This document shows positions 55,080 to 63,834 of a DNA stretch of 64,000 bases, in pieces. The position numbers were made by a program, and so were the translations under genes. The number at the start of each line of letters is the position of its first letter. The stretch's first letter is position 1. Source of the DNA: Candidatus Aenigmatarchaeota archaeon (GTDB lineage Archaea; Aenigmatarchaeota; Aenigmatarchaeia; CG10238-14; SCSR01); assembly GCA_038999725.1 (NCBI GenBank), contig JAWBWS010000004.1:717-64716 (forward strand). Reading direction: 5' to 3'. The notes beneath the pieces are model-generated. The model made no database searches. It was not told where the DNA came from and saw only the letters and a program-made list of their open reading frames with translations.

Positions 55080-56438
55080 ATGGCATTTAATGAAAAAGGG
55101 ATACAGGAAATTTTTAAAAAATACGATATAAGAGGTTTGGTCCCCCGAGAAATCAACTCGAGAATTGCTTTCAAGCTTGGGGAAGCTTTCGGTATTTTTC
55201 TTGGAGGTGGAAAAAGAATTGTTGTTGGTAGAGATAACAGGAAGAGTAGCACATCACTGAAAAATTCTCTTGTTCGTGGCTTAATTTCAAGTGGTTGTGA
55301 TGTTATGGATGTGGGTTTCTCAACATCAGACATGGTCGCTTGGGCTGTAAAATATTTGAATATGGATGCTGGAGTTATGGTGACAGCTTCTCACTTGCCG
55401 GCAGAATGGAATGGAATCAAATTCTTTAACCGAGAGGGAAGAATTTACGGAATTGAGGAGCTAAAAAAGGCGCTACTCCCTCTTATTGATAAAAAATGTG
55501 AAAGTGGGAAGGAAGGTAAAATTGAAAGAATTGAAATCTTGGAAGAGTATATTAAAGCTGTGATTTCAAGTGCTAAAAAAATTACAAGGAATGATTCTTT
55601 AGAAAACATGAAAATAGTGTTTGACGGTATGAATGGTATGGCTTCTTTGGTTTTGCCAAAAATCTTGAAAGAGTTAAATGCCAACTTGATTGAAATAAAC
55701 ACGAACTTTGAAGAGGGTTTTAAAAAACCTCCTGAACCAACAGAAGAAACAGTAAAAGAGCTTTGTCAAAAAGTCTTGGAAACTAAAGCTGATTTGGGGA
55801 TAATTTGCGATGGAGATGCTGACAGAGTTTTGTTTGTTGATGACAGAGGGAATTTTGTTCCTGGTGACGAGTCTTTAATTCTCATAGCTATGGAATATTC
55901 TAAACCAGAAGAGCCAATTGTATTCTCTTTGGATACCTCCCAAATCCTCATCGACCATCTTAAGAATCAAAAGAAGTGTAAAGTGGTCTATTCAAAAATT
56001 GGAGACTTTTTTGTTACTGAAAAAATAATTGAGCATAAGGCAAATTTTGGTGGTCAGCCAAATGGACACATGAAAGATCCTTCTTTCATTCTCTATGATT
56101 CTGGCCCATTCTTCGCCACACTTTTTTCTTCCCTGTTGGCAAAAAATGGAAAAAACTTAAGCTCTACAAGGGAGGAATTACCAATCTATCACAAAATTAA
56201 CATTTCTATTCCTCATGAAAATCCATCAAATTTGATCCAAAACTTGATCAAGCAAATTGAAAAAAAAGAATGCGATATAATTTCTGATTTGGATGGTCTA
56301 AAATTCTCTTACAAAAATTCAGTTGTTCTTGTGAGACCATCTGGTTCAGAAAAAAAGCTGAGAATAAATGTTGAAAGTAACAATAAAACTGAAGCTTTGG
56401 CTTCTTTAGAAGAGGTGAAAATGTGGTTGAAATTATAG
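55080..56438 (+). CDS. Phosphohexomutase (GlmM/PMM-like second paralog)
   Basis: TASHLPAEWNGIKFF active-site loop, DGDADR metal site, and GGQPNGH sugar-binding loop. Confidence 0.8.
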   Translation: MAFNEKGIQEIFKKYDIRGLVPREINSRIAFKLGEAFGIFLGGGKRIVVGRDNRKSSTSLKNSLVRGLISSGCDVMDVGFSTSDMVAWAVKYLNMDAGVMVTASHLPAEWNGIKFFNREGRIYGIEELKKALLPLIDKKCESGKEGKIERIEILEEYIKAVISSAKKITRNDSLENMKIVFDGMNGMASLVLPKILKELNANLIEINTNFEEGFKKPPEPTEETVKELCQKVLETKADLGIICDGDADRVLFVDDRGNFVPGDESLILIAMEYSKPEEPIVFSLDTSQILIDHLKNQKKCKVVYSKIGDFFVTEKIIEHKANFGGQPNGHMKDPSFILYDSGPFFATLFSSLLAKNGKNLSSTREELPIYHKINISIPHENPSNLIQNLIKQIEKKECDIISDLDGLKFSYKNSVVLVRPSGSEKKLRINVESNNKTEALASLEEVKMWLKL

Positions 56439-57439
56439 ATACTGCAATCATTCTTGCTGCTGGGGAAGGCAAGAGAATGGCACCCCTCAGCAGGAAAATT
56501 CCAAAAGAGATGCTACCTGTTCTTGATAGACCCTTCATAAACTACAACTTAAACTATCTGGAAGAAGCTGGGATTAAAAATGTCGGGTTTGTGATTTCAC
56601 CAAAAAAAGAAATCATCAAAAGATTTTATGGAAGGAGGTATGGAAGCATGAGGCTCCTTTACTTTATCCAAAAAGAGCAACTTGGCCCAGCACATGCCAT
56701 CCTCTCGGCAGAAAATTTGGTAAAGAAGAAAAATTTTTTCTTGGTGCAATATGGTGACAGCCTAACTGAAATCAACCTAGCAAGAGAAACTATAAGCAGA
56801 TTTATGAGAGAAAAAGAGGTAGACGCTTTTCTGTCTCTTAGACCAGTTGAAGACCCTTCTAGGTATGGTGTTGTTAAGTTTGATGCAAAGGGGAAGATAG
56901 TTGATATAGTTGAGAAGCCAAGACCAGAAGAAGCTCCAAGTAAGATTGCAACTGTCGGCACATTCATTTTGAGAACAGAAGCCTATTTTGATTCTGTGAA
57001 AGAAGTTGATTTTAGTAAAGGGGAAGAATTTCCCGCCCGCTATGTTTTGAAGAATGGAACGGTAAAAGGCTGGGTTTTTCATGGTGAAAGAGTTGACCTT
57101 GGGTTTCCCAAAGATTTGATACAAGCTTCCAAACTTATAGTGAATTCTCATGGCGGTATTTTAATAAAAGAGAGTGCAATAATTGATAAAAGTGTAAAAA
57201 TAAGACCACCAATATATGTAGGTGAAATGTGTAGGATAGAAAGAAACTGTGTGATTGGGCCAAATGCTTTCATAGGAAGAAACAGTTTTGTTGGCGAGGA
57301 TTCCGAAATTCAAGAAAGTTATTTGATGAAAAATTGCAAGGTTGGGAAAGCGTGCTCAATAAATAGTTCTGTGATTGGAGAAAAATGCAAGATCCCAAAT
57401 TTTAGCAGAGTTAGGGATGAAGTTTTAACAAGATGGTGA
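56423..57439 (+). CDS. Sugar-1-phosphate nucleotidylyltransferase with C-terminal left-handed beta-helix (GlmU/RmlA-like)
   Basis: N-terminal AIILAAGEGKRMAPLSRKIPKEMLPV (G-x-G-T/K-R-x-x-P-L signature) and C-terminal hexapeptide repeats (IGPNAFIGRNSFVGEDSEI...). Confidence 0.8.
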   Translation: MVEIIDTAIILAAGEGKRMAPLSRKIPKEMLPVLDRPFINYNLNYLEEAGIKNVGFVISPKKEIIKRFYGRRYGSMRLLYFIQKEQLGPAHAILSAENLVKKKNFFLVQYGDSLTEINLARETISRFMREKEVDAFLSLRPVEDPSRYGVVKFDAKGKIVDIVEKPRPEEAPSKIATVGTFILRTEAYFDSVKEVDFSKGEEFPARYVLKNGTVKGWVFHGERVDLGFPKDLIQASKLIVNSHGGILIKESAIIDKSVKIRPPIYVGEMCRIERNCVIGPNAFIGRNSFVGEDSEIQESYLMKNCKVGKACSINSSVIGEKCKIPNFSRVRDEVLTRW

Positions 57440-58125
57440 ACATGATAAAGTGTTTGCTGTTTGATGCCGATAACACTTTGTATGAAAGTAGTAGTGCAGC
57501 AAAAGCTTCTGATCTTGAAGCAATGAAATTCCTCTCCAAGCTTTGTGGAAAGGATCCAGAAGAACTTTTGGAAGAATGGAAATCTATAGTTAATAAACTG
57601 AAAGAAAGTAGGGAACCTAAGCTTAGACATAGAAAGTACTCTTACTCCCTGCTCTTGAAGCAAAACGGATTTGAAGAAAAACTTGCGGAAAAAATCTATG
57701 AAATTTTCTTGGAAAATTTTTTAAATAAAATAAAACTTTTTGATGGTGTGAGAGAAACTCTAGAAGAACTAAAGGAAATGGGGATAAAACTTGTAATTGT
57801 GAGCGAGGATTTCAAAGAACAACTTGAAAAAAAGATCGAGAAATTAAACTTGAAAAAGTTTTTTGATTTCATCCTTACTTGTGATGATGTTGGTGTTATG
57901 AAACCAGAAAGAAAATATTATGAAATTGTGAAAGAGAAGTTGGGAATCCCTTATGAAGAGATGATGGCAATTGGTGACTCCTTTGAAAAAGACTTAGAAA
58001 TTCCAAAACTTTTGGGAATGAAATGTGTATTGGTTTATGGTGAAGATGGAAGAGCAAATTTTTCTACAAATGATTTTCGAGAGATTTTAAATCTATTAAA
58101 ATCGCTCAATAGAAAAAATAATTAA
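57433..58125 (+). CDS. HAD-superfamily hydrolase (phosphatase)
   Basis: Motif I LFDADNTLY (DxDxT), and motif III/IV ...KPE...IGDS. Confidence 0.75.
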   Translation: MVNMIKCLLFDADNTLYESSSAAKASDLEAMKFLSKLCGKDPEELLEEWKSIVNKLKESREPKLRHRKYSYSLLLKQNGFEEKLAEKIYEIFLENFLNKIKLFDGVRETLEELKEMGIKLVIVSEDFKEQLEKKIEKLNLKKFFDFILTCDDVGVMKPERKYYEIVKEKLGIPYEEMMAIGDSFEKDLEIPKLLGMKCVLVYGEDGRANFSTNDFREILNLLKSLNRKNN

Positions 58126-59061
58126 GTGGTGCAAATGAGGATTGTGAAAGATTTTTCACTTGATGAAAAATCTTCAGCAAATGAATTGATTAAACAAATG
58201 GGGAGTGCCGGTGGCTTTACTGCTAAAAATCTTGCAATTTCTGTTGAAATATTGGAAGAAATGATAAAAGAAAAAAAATGCCTAAAATTTCTCTCCTTTC
58301 CTGCTTGTATAGTAGCAACTGGCACAAGAGGTATAATAAGAGATTTTGTTAAGAGGAAATGGTTTGATGTTATAATAACAACTTGTGGGACTTTGGATCA
58401 CGATTTGGCGAGAAGTTTCAAAAACTATTACCATGGGACTTTTTTTGTTGATGATGCAGAACTCCATAAAAGAGGAGTTCATAGACTTGGGAACGTCTTT
58501 GTTCCTAAAGAATCTTATGGGATGATAATTGAAAAAAAGATGAAAGAATTCTTAAGAGAAATTTATTCCGAGAAAAAAGAACTCTCAACTCATGAACTGG
58601 TTTGGGAATTAGGTAAAAGGGTGAAAAATAAGGATTCTATTCTTTTCTGGTCCTGGAAAAACAGAATACCCATGATCGTGCCAGGAATAACAGATGGTGC
58701 AGTCGGCTATCAAATATGGCAATTTTGGCAAGACCACAAAGATTTAAAGATAAATGAACTCCAAGATGAACAACTTCTAAGCGATTTGGTTTGGAAGGCA
58801 GAAAAATCAGGGGCTTTGATTATCGGTGGAGGCGTCTCAAAGCATCATGTGATTTGGTGGAATCAATTCAAAGAAGGTTTGGATTATGCTGTTTACATAA
58901 CAACAGCAGTTGAGTGGGACGGGAGCTTAAGTGGAGCAAGAACAAGAGAAGCGATTTCTTGGGGGAAAATCAAGGAAAAAGCCAGACATGTTACTGTGGA
59001 TGGAGATGCAACAGTTTATTTGCCTTTGATTTATTCTGCCCTTTTGGAAAGAATAAAATGA
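58126..59061 (+). CDS. dys: Deoxyhypusine synthase
   Basis: GGFTAKNL, ITDGAVG, GGGVSKHHV and ISWGKI motifs characteristic of DHS. Confidence 0.85.
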   Translation: MVQMRIVKDFSLDEKSSANELIKQMGSAGGFTAKNLAISVEILEEMIKEKKCLKFLSFPACIVATGTRGIIRDFVKRKWFDVIITTCGTLDHDLARSFKNYYHGTFFVDDAELHKRGVHRLGNVFVPKESYGMIIEKKMKEFLREIYSEKKELSTHELVWELGKRVKNKDSILFWSWKNRIPMIVPGITDGAVGYQIWQFWQDHKDLKINELQDEQLLSDLVWKAEKSGALIIGGGVSKHHVIWWNQFKEGLDYAVYITTAVEWDGSLSGARTREAISWGKIKEKARHVTVDGDATVYLPLIYSALLERIK

Positions 59062-59161
59062 AGAAAAAATCTTCTAATAATTTTCTCAGGAACTTAGATT
59101 GTTTCAAACTTCAAGAGTGATTCTTATATTTCTCCATTGAAGCATCTTAAATACAAAACAA

Positions 59162-59845
59162 TCAAAGAAGACTCAACTTTTTCAAACCATCAACAATACT
59201 CTCCACAACTTTTTCAGGCGGCTTGTTCATCCAAACTTCAATGAAGGGAGTTTTCTTCTCTCTATAAAACTGAATCAAAGGCATGGTTTGTTTTTTATAA
59301 ATTTCAATCCTTTCTCTAACAATTTCAGGTTTGTCGTCAACCCTTTGAATTAAAGGTGAACCACATTTGTCACATATCATGTCTTTTTTCGGAAGAAGTG
59401 GTGGAAGCTCATACTCTATTCCTTCTATCACTCTTTTTATCTCGGCTATGTTATAATTTCCATCACATTTTGGATTAGAACAAATCCTTCTTGCACAAAC
59501 TTTCTCGATTAAAATTACATCATGGGCCTTTACCAATATTATAGCATCAATTTTAGCAATTTCCTCCAAAGCTTTAGCTTGTTCTATTGTTCTTGGAAAA
59601 CCATCAAGGATGAAATTCTCTTTTCCTTTCAATTCTTGTCTCACAACTTCTATCACAATATTGTCAGGAACCAATTCTCCTTTAGAGATATAACCTTCAA
59701 CCATTTTCCCCAATAAATTTCCCTCTTTCACAGCAGCTCTGAAAATATCACCAGTAGCTATTTTTTCGATTCCCAAAATTTCTTTGAGTCTAGAAGAGTA
59801 AGTTCCTTTGCCTGAGCCAGGAGGGCCAAAAATTATTAGCTTCAT
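59162..59845 (-). CDS. adk: Adenylate kinase, bacterial/long type with Cys4 zinc LID
   Basis: P-loop IIFGPPGSGKGT, NMP-binding GDIFR, and LID CSNPKCDGNY...CDKCGSPLIQR. Confidence 0.8.
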   Translation of the reverse strand: MKLIIFGPPGSGKGTYSSRLKEILGIEKIATGDIFRAAVKEGNLLGKMVEGYISKGELVPDNIVIEVVRQELKGKENFILDGFPRTIEQAKALEEIAKIDAIILVKAHDVILIEKVCARRICSNPKCDGNYNIAEIKRVIEGIEYELPPLLPKKDMICDKCGSPLIQRVDDKPEIVRERIEIYKKQTMPLIQFYREKKTPFIEVWMNKPPEKVVESIVDGLKKLSLL

Positions 59846-60426
59846 TTCATCATCTCTATTAATTTAATTATTTCTTCAGCCCCTCTTTTAGCTTGCTCAA
59901 AAGGTTCCTTTTCCCCGAACCTTAAATTTATTATTTTAACTGGGCACTCAAATTCACTTGCAACATCAATAGCCACTTGTCTATTCACAGTTTGATGCTC
60001 TTCAATTTCCTCCAAACTTTCTATATCTCTTTTCCTCGTTTTATCATCAATTCTTCTTTTCAAAACATCTTCGGGGTTAAACTCCAAAAGAACAATCAAG
60101 TCAGGCTTCATTATTCTCATCGTTTTTTCAGAAAGAGCATGAAAATAGCCATATGGTGTTTTGATTGTAACATGAGTGTTAATGAGCAAAATTTTATCCT
60201 TCATGTTTGAAATCTTTTTTGCCACAATTTCTTGAATCTCTCTTTGTTGTTTAAGGGTCAATTTTTTTCTCAATTCATCTCTGTCTTCAATTCCATATTT
60301 TTCTGAAGCAATTTCAAGGAATAAATCTCCCACTGTCACAACTTTGGCTTCGGGTAATTTTTCTTTCACAAATTGTAAAACTGTACTTTTCCCCCCACCA
60401 GGAACAGAAACCACAAGAATTTTCAT
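59842..60426 (-). CDS. adkA: Archaeal-type adenylate kinase (AdkA family)
   Basis: ILVVSVPGGGKSTV P-loop, THVTIKTPYGY, KPDLIVLLEFNPEDVLKRR and EEHQTVNRQVA follow the AdkA pattern (compare Methanococcus AdkA). Confidence 0.7.
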   Translation of the reverse strand: MKILVVSVPGGGKSTVLQFVKEKLPEAKVVTVGDLFLEIASEKYGIEDRDELRKKLTLKQQREIQEIVAKKISNMKDKILLINTHVTIKTPYGYFHALSEKTMRIMKPDLIVLLEFNPEDVLKRRIDDKTRKRDIESLEEIEEHQTVNRQVAIDVASEFECPVKIINLRFGEKEPFEQAKRGAEEIIKLIEMMK

Positions 60427-60469
60427 TTTCTCTTAAATATTTATTAAATAGGTTTAAATTAAAATTCAA

Positions 60470-60575
60470 GCTGGTGTAGATTAGTGGTTAAATCGCGGCG
60501 CTCATAGCATCTGTGAGCTTTGATAGAAAGATGAAAGAAACGCCGAGATCGCGGGTTCAAATCCCGCCACCAGCA
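60470..60575 (+). tRNA. tRNA-Met or tRNA-Ile2 (anticodon CAT) with a canonical 37/38 intron (~32 nt)
   Basis: Acceptor GCTGGTG/CACCAGC, D-arm GATT-AGTGGTTAA-AATC, anticodon stem CGGCG with CTCATA followed by the intron GCATCTGTGAGCTTTGATAGAAAGATGAAAGA, then A-CGCCG, and T-arm GCGGG-TTCAAAT-CCCGC. Confidence 0.8.
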
Positions 60576-60668
60576 TTTTTGAATTATTCCTAAAAGAATT
60601 ATGAAAATGGCCTTTCACCTTTAGGATTTAAAAGTTTTAAAACAAAAATAAATTAAACCGGTGTTGAT

Positions 60669-60884
60669 ATGGAATTGACGCCAGAAGAAGCAAAGGTTGT
60701 TGAGGCAATGAAATCTTTAAAAGCAGTGTCAGAAGATAAGATAAAAGATGCTGACCAAATCGCGAAAGCTGCCATGATGCCAAAGGGTAAAGTGGCTAAC
60801 CTTCTATTAAGTTTGATGAACAAGAAAGTTGTGAAAAGGGTTGCCAGAGAAAAAGCCGCAGGCTACTATTTACTCCAAGCTTAA
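60669..60884 (+). CDS. Small basic protein (hypothetical; possibly DNA-binding)
   Basis: 71-aa lysine- and alanine-rich ORF downstream of the tRNA, with no motif. Confidence 0.35.
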   Translation: MELTPEEAKVVEAMKSLKAVSEDKIKDADQIAKAAMMPKGKVANLLLSLMNKKVVKRVAREKAAGYYLLQA

Positions 60885-60995
60885 CAGAACCTGATTTTCA
60901 ATTGAATTTTGTTTACTGCTATTTATAACCAACTTTTAAAAGTTGAATAAAGTTAATTTTACTCTTTCCCTTCCTTAACCCAATAGCTTTCCAAC

Positions 60996-62231
60996 TTATA
61001 TCCTCAACTTTTGATTTTTTTCCCATTCCTCAACTCTTCTTCTGTATTCGCCCAACTCTTTTTCATAAATTTCTTGAGCGCGTTTTTCTTCTTCACCCAA
61101 CCTTTTCTTCTCAACCTCCCAGTCTTTTATACTATACACACCAATTTTTTTTACAACATCCTCAAAAGGTCTACCTAAAACTGCGGCTATGTGCTTCAAA
61201 GTTAGATCAATTTTTTCACCTTTTCTAGGAAGATAAATGGGATAGCTAGAGGTCATCTTTTGGATTCTCCAGTATATTACACACTCGTCTTCATTTGTTA
61301 GATTGTATTTCTTCTTAATATTTAACCAACTTTCATAATCTAAACAACCCTTGGCGATAGCAACAACAAAAAGCTCTTTTACAGGTTCCCTACACCCAGG
61401 CTTGTCAGAAAATACATTCTCAACCCTATTCTTTATCGCTACCGTAATTTCTTCCTTGATTGAATCCAAACTTTCTATTTTTTCTTTCATTTCCTTTTTC
61501 ACTCTCTCTTTAATTTCTTCAAAAGATGGTGGTGTGAATGGAGGTGGTAAAGGACTTTCAACATCTATCTCATCCTCTTTTTTGATTTCTTGTAACAAAT
61601 CTTCAATTTTTAAATTCAACTTTTTTGCCAATTTAACTGCAGGATCAATCACCTTATCTTTCAAGTAGGATTTTATCACCCATTTTTCTATAGGAAAACT
61701 TCTATCTTCGACTTTTTCTCCAATTAAAACATAAAATTTCTTCCTTCTTTTATCTTCTTCAAACTTAACAACCTGGCTTCTCCTCTGGATAAAATAGCCC
61801 ATGCTCCCCAAAAATTGCTCGATTTCTTTCACATCTTTCCCCCTTGATTCCGGTTCCACCACCACAATTTTACCACCAACCTTTAAGCTGTAATCTAAAC
61901 CAAGAAGGGTAGCGCCCTTTGCTTGTCGATGAAGGTTATGAAGAGTTAAGTTACAAAATATGTAGTCAAAAGCCTCCTTTCTCCATGGAATCGAGTAAGG
62001 GTAAACGCATACAACAAAATCGGTATTGTAAGTTTTCTTGGCCAATGAGCGAGCTTTAGCATAAGAATCTGTTGTGAGAACATGGGAAGAAATTTGCCTA
62101 TCTTCAATCATCTCCAAGAGAGCAGAACACTCTTCACATCCAACTTCCAATAACTTTTTTTCTTCCAATTCCATCTCTTCTATCAAGTTTGCCAATATCT
62201 GATGGGAAGCCACTTGAGAGGAAGAGCTCAT
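60996..62231 (-). CDS. Class I SAM-dependent methyltransferase fused to a C-terminal uncharacterised domain
   Basis: N-terminal motif I-like LEVGCEECSALLEM and post-I acidic VLTTD. A proline-rich linker PLPPPFTPPSF follows, then a ~170-aa C-terminal domain. Confidence 0.55.
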   Translation of the reverse strand: MSSSSQVASHQILANLIEEMELEEKKLLEVGCEECSALLEMIEDRQISSHVLTTDSYAKARSLAKKTYNTDFVVCVYPYSIPWRKEAFDYIFCNLTLHNLHRQAKGATLLGLDYSLKVGGKIVVVEPESRGKDVKEIEQFLGSMGYFIQRRSQVVKFEEDKRRKKFYVLIGEKVEDRSFPIEKWVIKSYLKDKVIDPAVKLAKKLNLKIEDLLQEIKKEDEIDVESPLPPPFTPPSFEEIKERVKKEMKEKIESLDSIKEEITVAIKNRVENVFSDKPGCREPVKELFVVAIAKGCLDYESWLNIKKKYNLTNEDECVIYWRIQKMTSSYPIYLPRKGEKIDLTLKHIAAVLGRPFEDVVKKIGVYSIKDWEVEKKRLGEEEKRAQEIYEKELGEYRRRVEEWEKNQKLRI

Positions 62232-62361
62232 AGTAGAAAAAGTTAACTTCCAACTTTTTAAACTTTTCTTCTCCTAAAATTAACATTTTTACAGAAGTGT
62301 AGAATGAATAAAATTAAAGAAAACTTATCACCATACATTAGAGTATGAAAAGAGACAATAT

Positions 62362-62487
62362 GGCCTAGCTGGCGTAGCCTGGTTAGCGCACAGGCCAAGT
62401 GAATTCCTGAATGTGGACTAACCGGGCAGCAAGCCTGAAAGTGTGAAAACACTGGGTAAGGGCGGGGTTCGAATCCCCGGCTAGGCC
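62362..62487 (+). tRNA. Probable tRNA-His (G-1 / C73 acceptor) with extra inserted segments; candidate anticodon loop ATGTGGA
   Basis: 8-bp acceptor G-GCCTAGC/GCTAGGC-C (extra 5' G pairing with discriminator C, as in tRNA-His). D-arm GCGT-AGCCTGGTTA-GCGC closely resembles archaeal tRNA-His. T-arm CGGGG-TTCGAAT-CCCCG. About 73 nt lie between the D-arm and T-arm where ~23 are expected. A GTG-centred loop ATGTGGA sits at 62411–62417, flanked by two ~15-nt segments, between CAGGC (62391) and GCCTG (62433). A further ~20-nt hairpin AAAGTGTGAAAACACT lies in the variable region. Confidence 0.55.
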
Positions 62488-62488
62488 A

Positions 62489-63637
62489 TCAATAGGATTT
62501 TATCTCAACATTTTCCAATACCTCTTCTATCATTTTCTCGATGTTTAATCTCTTCTCAAAACTTCTCACCAATTCTAAATTTCCGGCAGCACTTGCATGC
62601 TTTGGTGTGAAGAGTGTGCAACAATCTTCTTGCGGCTTTATCGAAATTTCAAAAGTTCCAATTTTTTTCGCCAGTTCAATTATCTCTTGCTTATCTAAAC
62701 CCACTAAAGGCCTCAGGATTGGTAATTTGGTTACTTCTTCTATTATTCTCAAATTTTTCAAAGTTTGTGAGCTAACTTGAGCTAAACTTTCCCCTGTAAC
62801 AATTCCATCACAACCTTCTTTTTCTGCAACTTTTTCAGCAATTCTAAGCATCATTCTTCTGTACAACAATATTCTGTACCTTGGCTCAACACAAGCTTTA
62901 ATCTTCATTTGAATTTTGTGAAAGGGGATGAAATAGACTTTGAGCTTTGGTTGATACCTTAAGAAAACTTGAGCAAGTTCTTTGACTTTTTGTATACTTG
63001 AATTTGAAACTAAGGGGAAGCTGTGAAAATGAACCCAAACATTTTCACTACCACGCTTAGCAATCAAGTAGCTTGCAACTGGTGAATCAATTCCACCAGA
63101 GATTAAGGCCAGTGCTTTGCCCCCACTTCCAACAGGCAAGCCCCCCTTACCTTCCTTTTTCTTGAAATAAATAAACCATCCATCTTTCCTTGCCTCTAAA
63201 AACAATTCAACATTTGGTTTTTCTAAATCAACCTTTCTTTCTATTTTACTTGCAACTTTCCTTATTATTTCTTCACTACTTTCTTTCAAGTTACCTTTCT
63301 TGAGCCTTATGGCAAAAGTTTGCCTTTTCTTCACCCACTTTTCATGATTTTCTTCTATAAACTTCAAAAGCTCTTCTAGATTACCTTCTAAAAAAATGAC
63401 ATCAGCAAACCAGGAAATTCCAAAAACATTTTTTATGATTTTCTCTGCTTTTTTTATTTCACCCGTTTCAATAAAAATTCTCTCTCTTGATGGGAATATT
63501 TTAAAGTTCACTCCAGCCTTTTTGAGAAAAACGGAAATATTACTGGTGAGTTTTTGTAAAAAAAGATTTCTAACTCTCTCAGACTTAAGAAAGAGTTCAC
63601 CAAAAGCTATCAAAATACCTCTCTTGATTTTCTCCAT
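62489..63637 (-). CDS. thiI: tRNA 4-thiouridine synthase ThiI (THUMP + PP-loop)
   Basis: N-terminal THUMP region and PP-loop LISGGIDSPVASYL. Confidence 0.85.
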   Translation of the reverse strand: MEKIKRGILIAFGELFLKSERVRNLFLQKLTSNISVFLKKAGVNFKIFPSRERIFIETGEIKKAEKIIKNVFGISWFADVIFLEGNLEELLKFIEENHEKWVKKRQTFAIRLKKGNLKESSEEIIRKVASKIERKVDLEKPNVELFLEARKDGWFIYFKKKEGKGGLPVGSGGKALALISGGIDSPVASYLIAKRGSENVWVHFHSFPLVSNSSIQKVKELAQVFLRYQPKLKVYFIPFHKIQMKIKACVEPRYRILLYRRMMLRIAEKVAEKEGCDGIVTGESLAQVSSQTLKNLRIIEEVTKLPILRPLVGLDKQEIIELAKKIGTFEISIKPQEDCCTLFTPKHASAAGNLELVRSFEKRLNIEKMIEEVLENVEIKSY

Positions 63638-63834
63638 ATTTTCACTTTAAAAAACAAAAACACTTAAATATACTTATTTCCATTAATTTATTTGACTCAT
63701 GAGCTTGGCGTTTAGGCTTTGATAACGTCAAGAGACAAAAGATGAAATGTCCTATTCTGGCTCATGAGAAATTGTCCTGAAGTGAAAGAGCTTCAGGTAG
63801 GTTGATTGGTGAAACCTAGAGGTAGGGCCCGCCA

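Noticed and set aside
58126-59120. ORF 58914–59120 (68 aa) at the 3' end of the DHS gene, and 58122–58325 (-)
   Set aside because: They overlap the deoxyhypusine synthase gene in alternative frames and carry no independent signal.
62362-62487. Minus-strand orientation for the His-like tRNA (palindromic TTCGAA in T-loop and GGCCTAGC acceptor)
   Set aside because: The minus-strand reading gives T-loop ATTCGAA and no D-loop GG/T-loop conservation. The plus strand gives AGCCTGGTTA D-loop and TTCGAAT T-loop.
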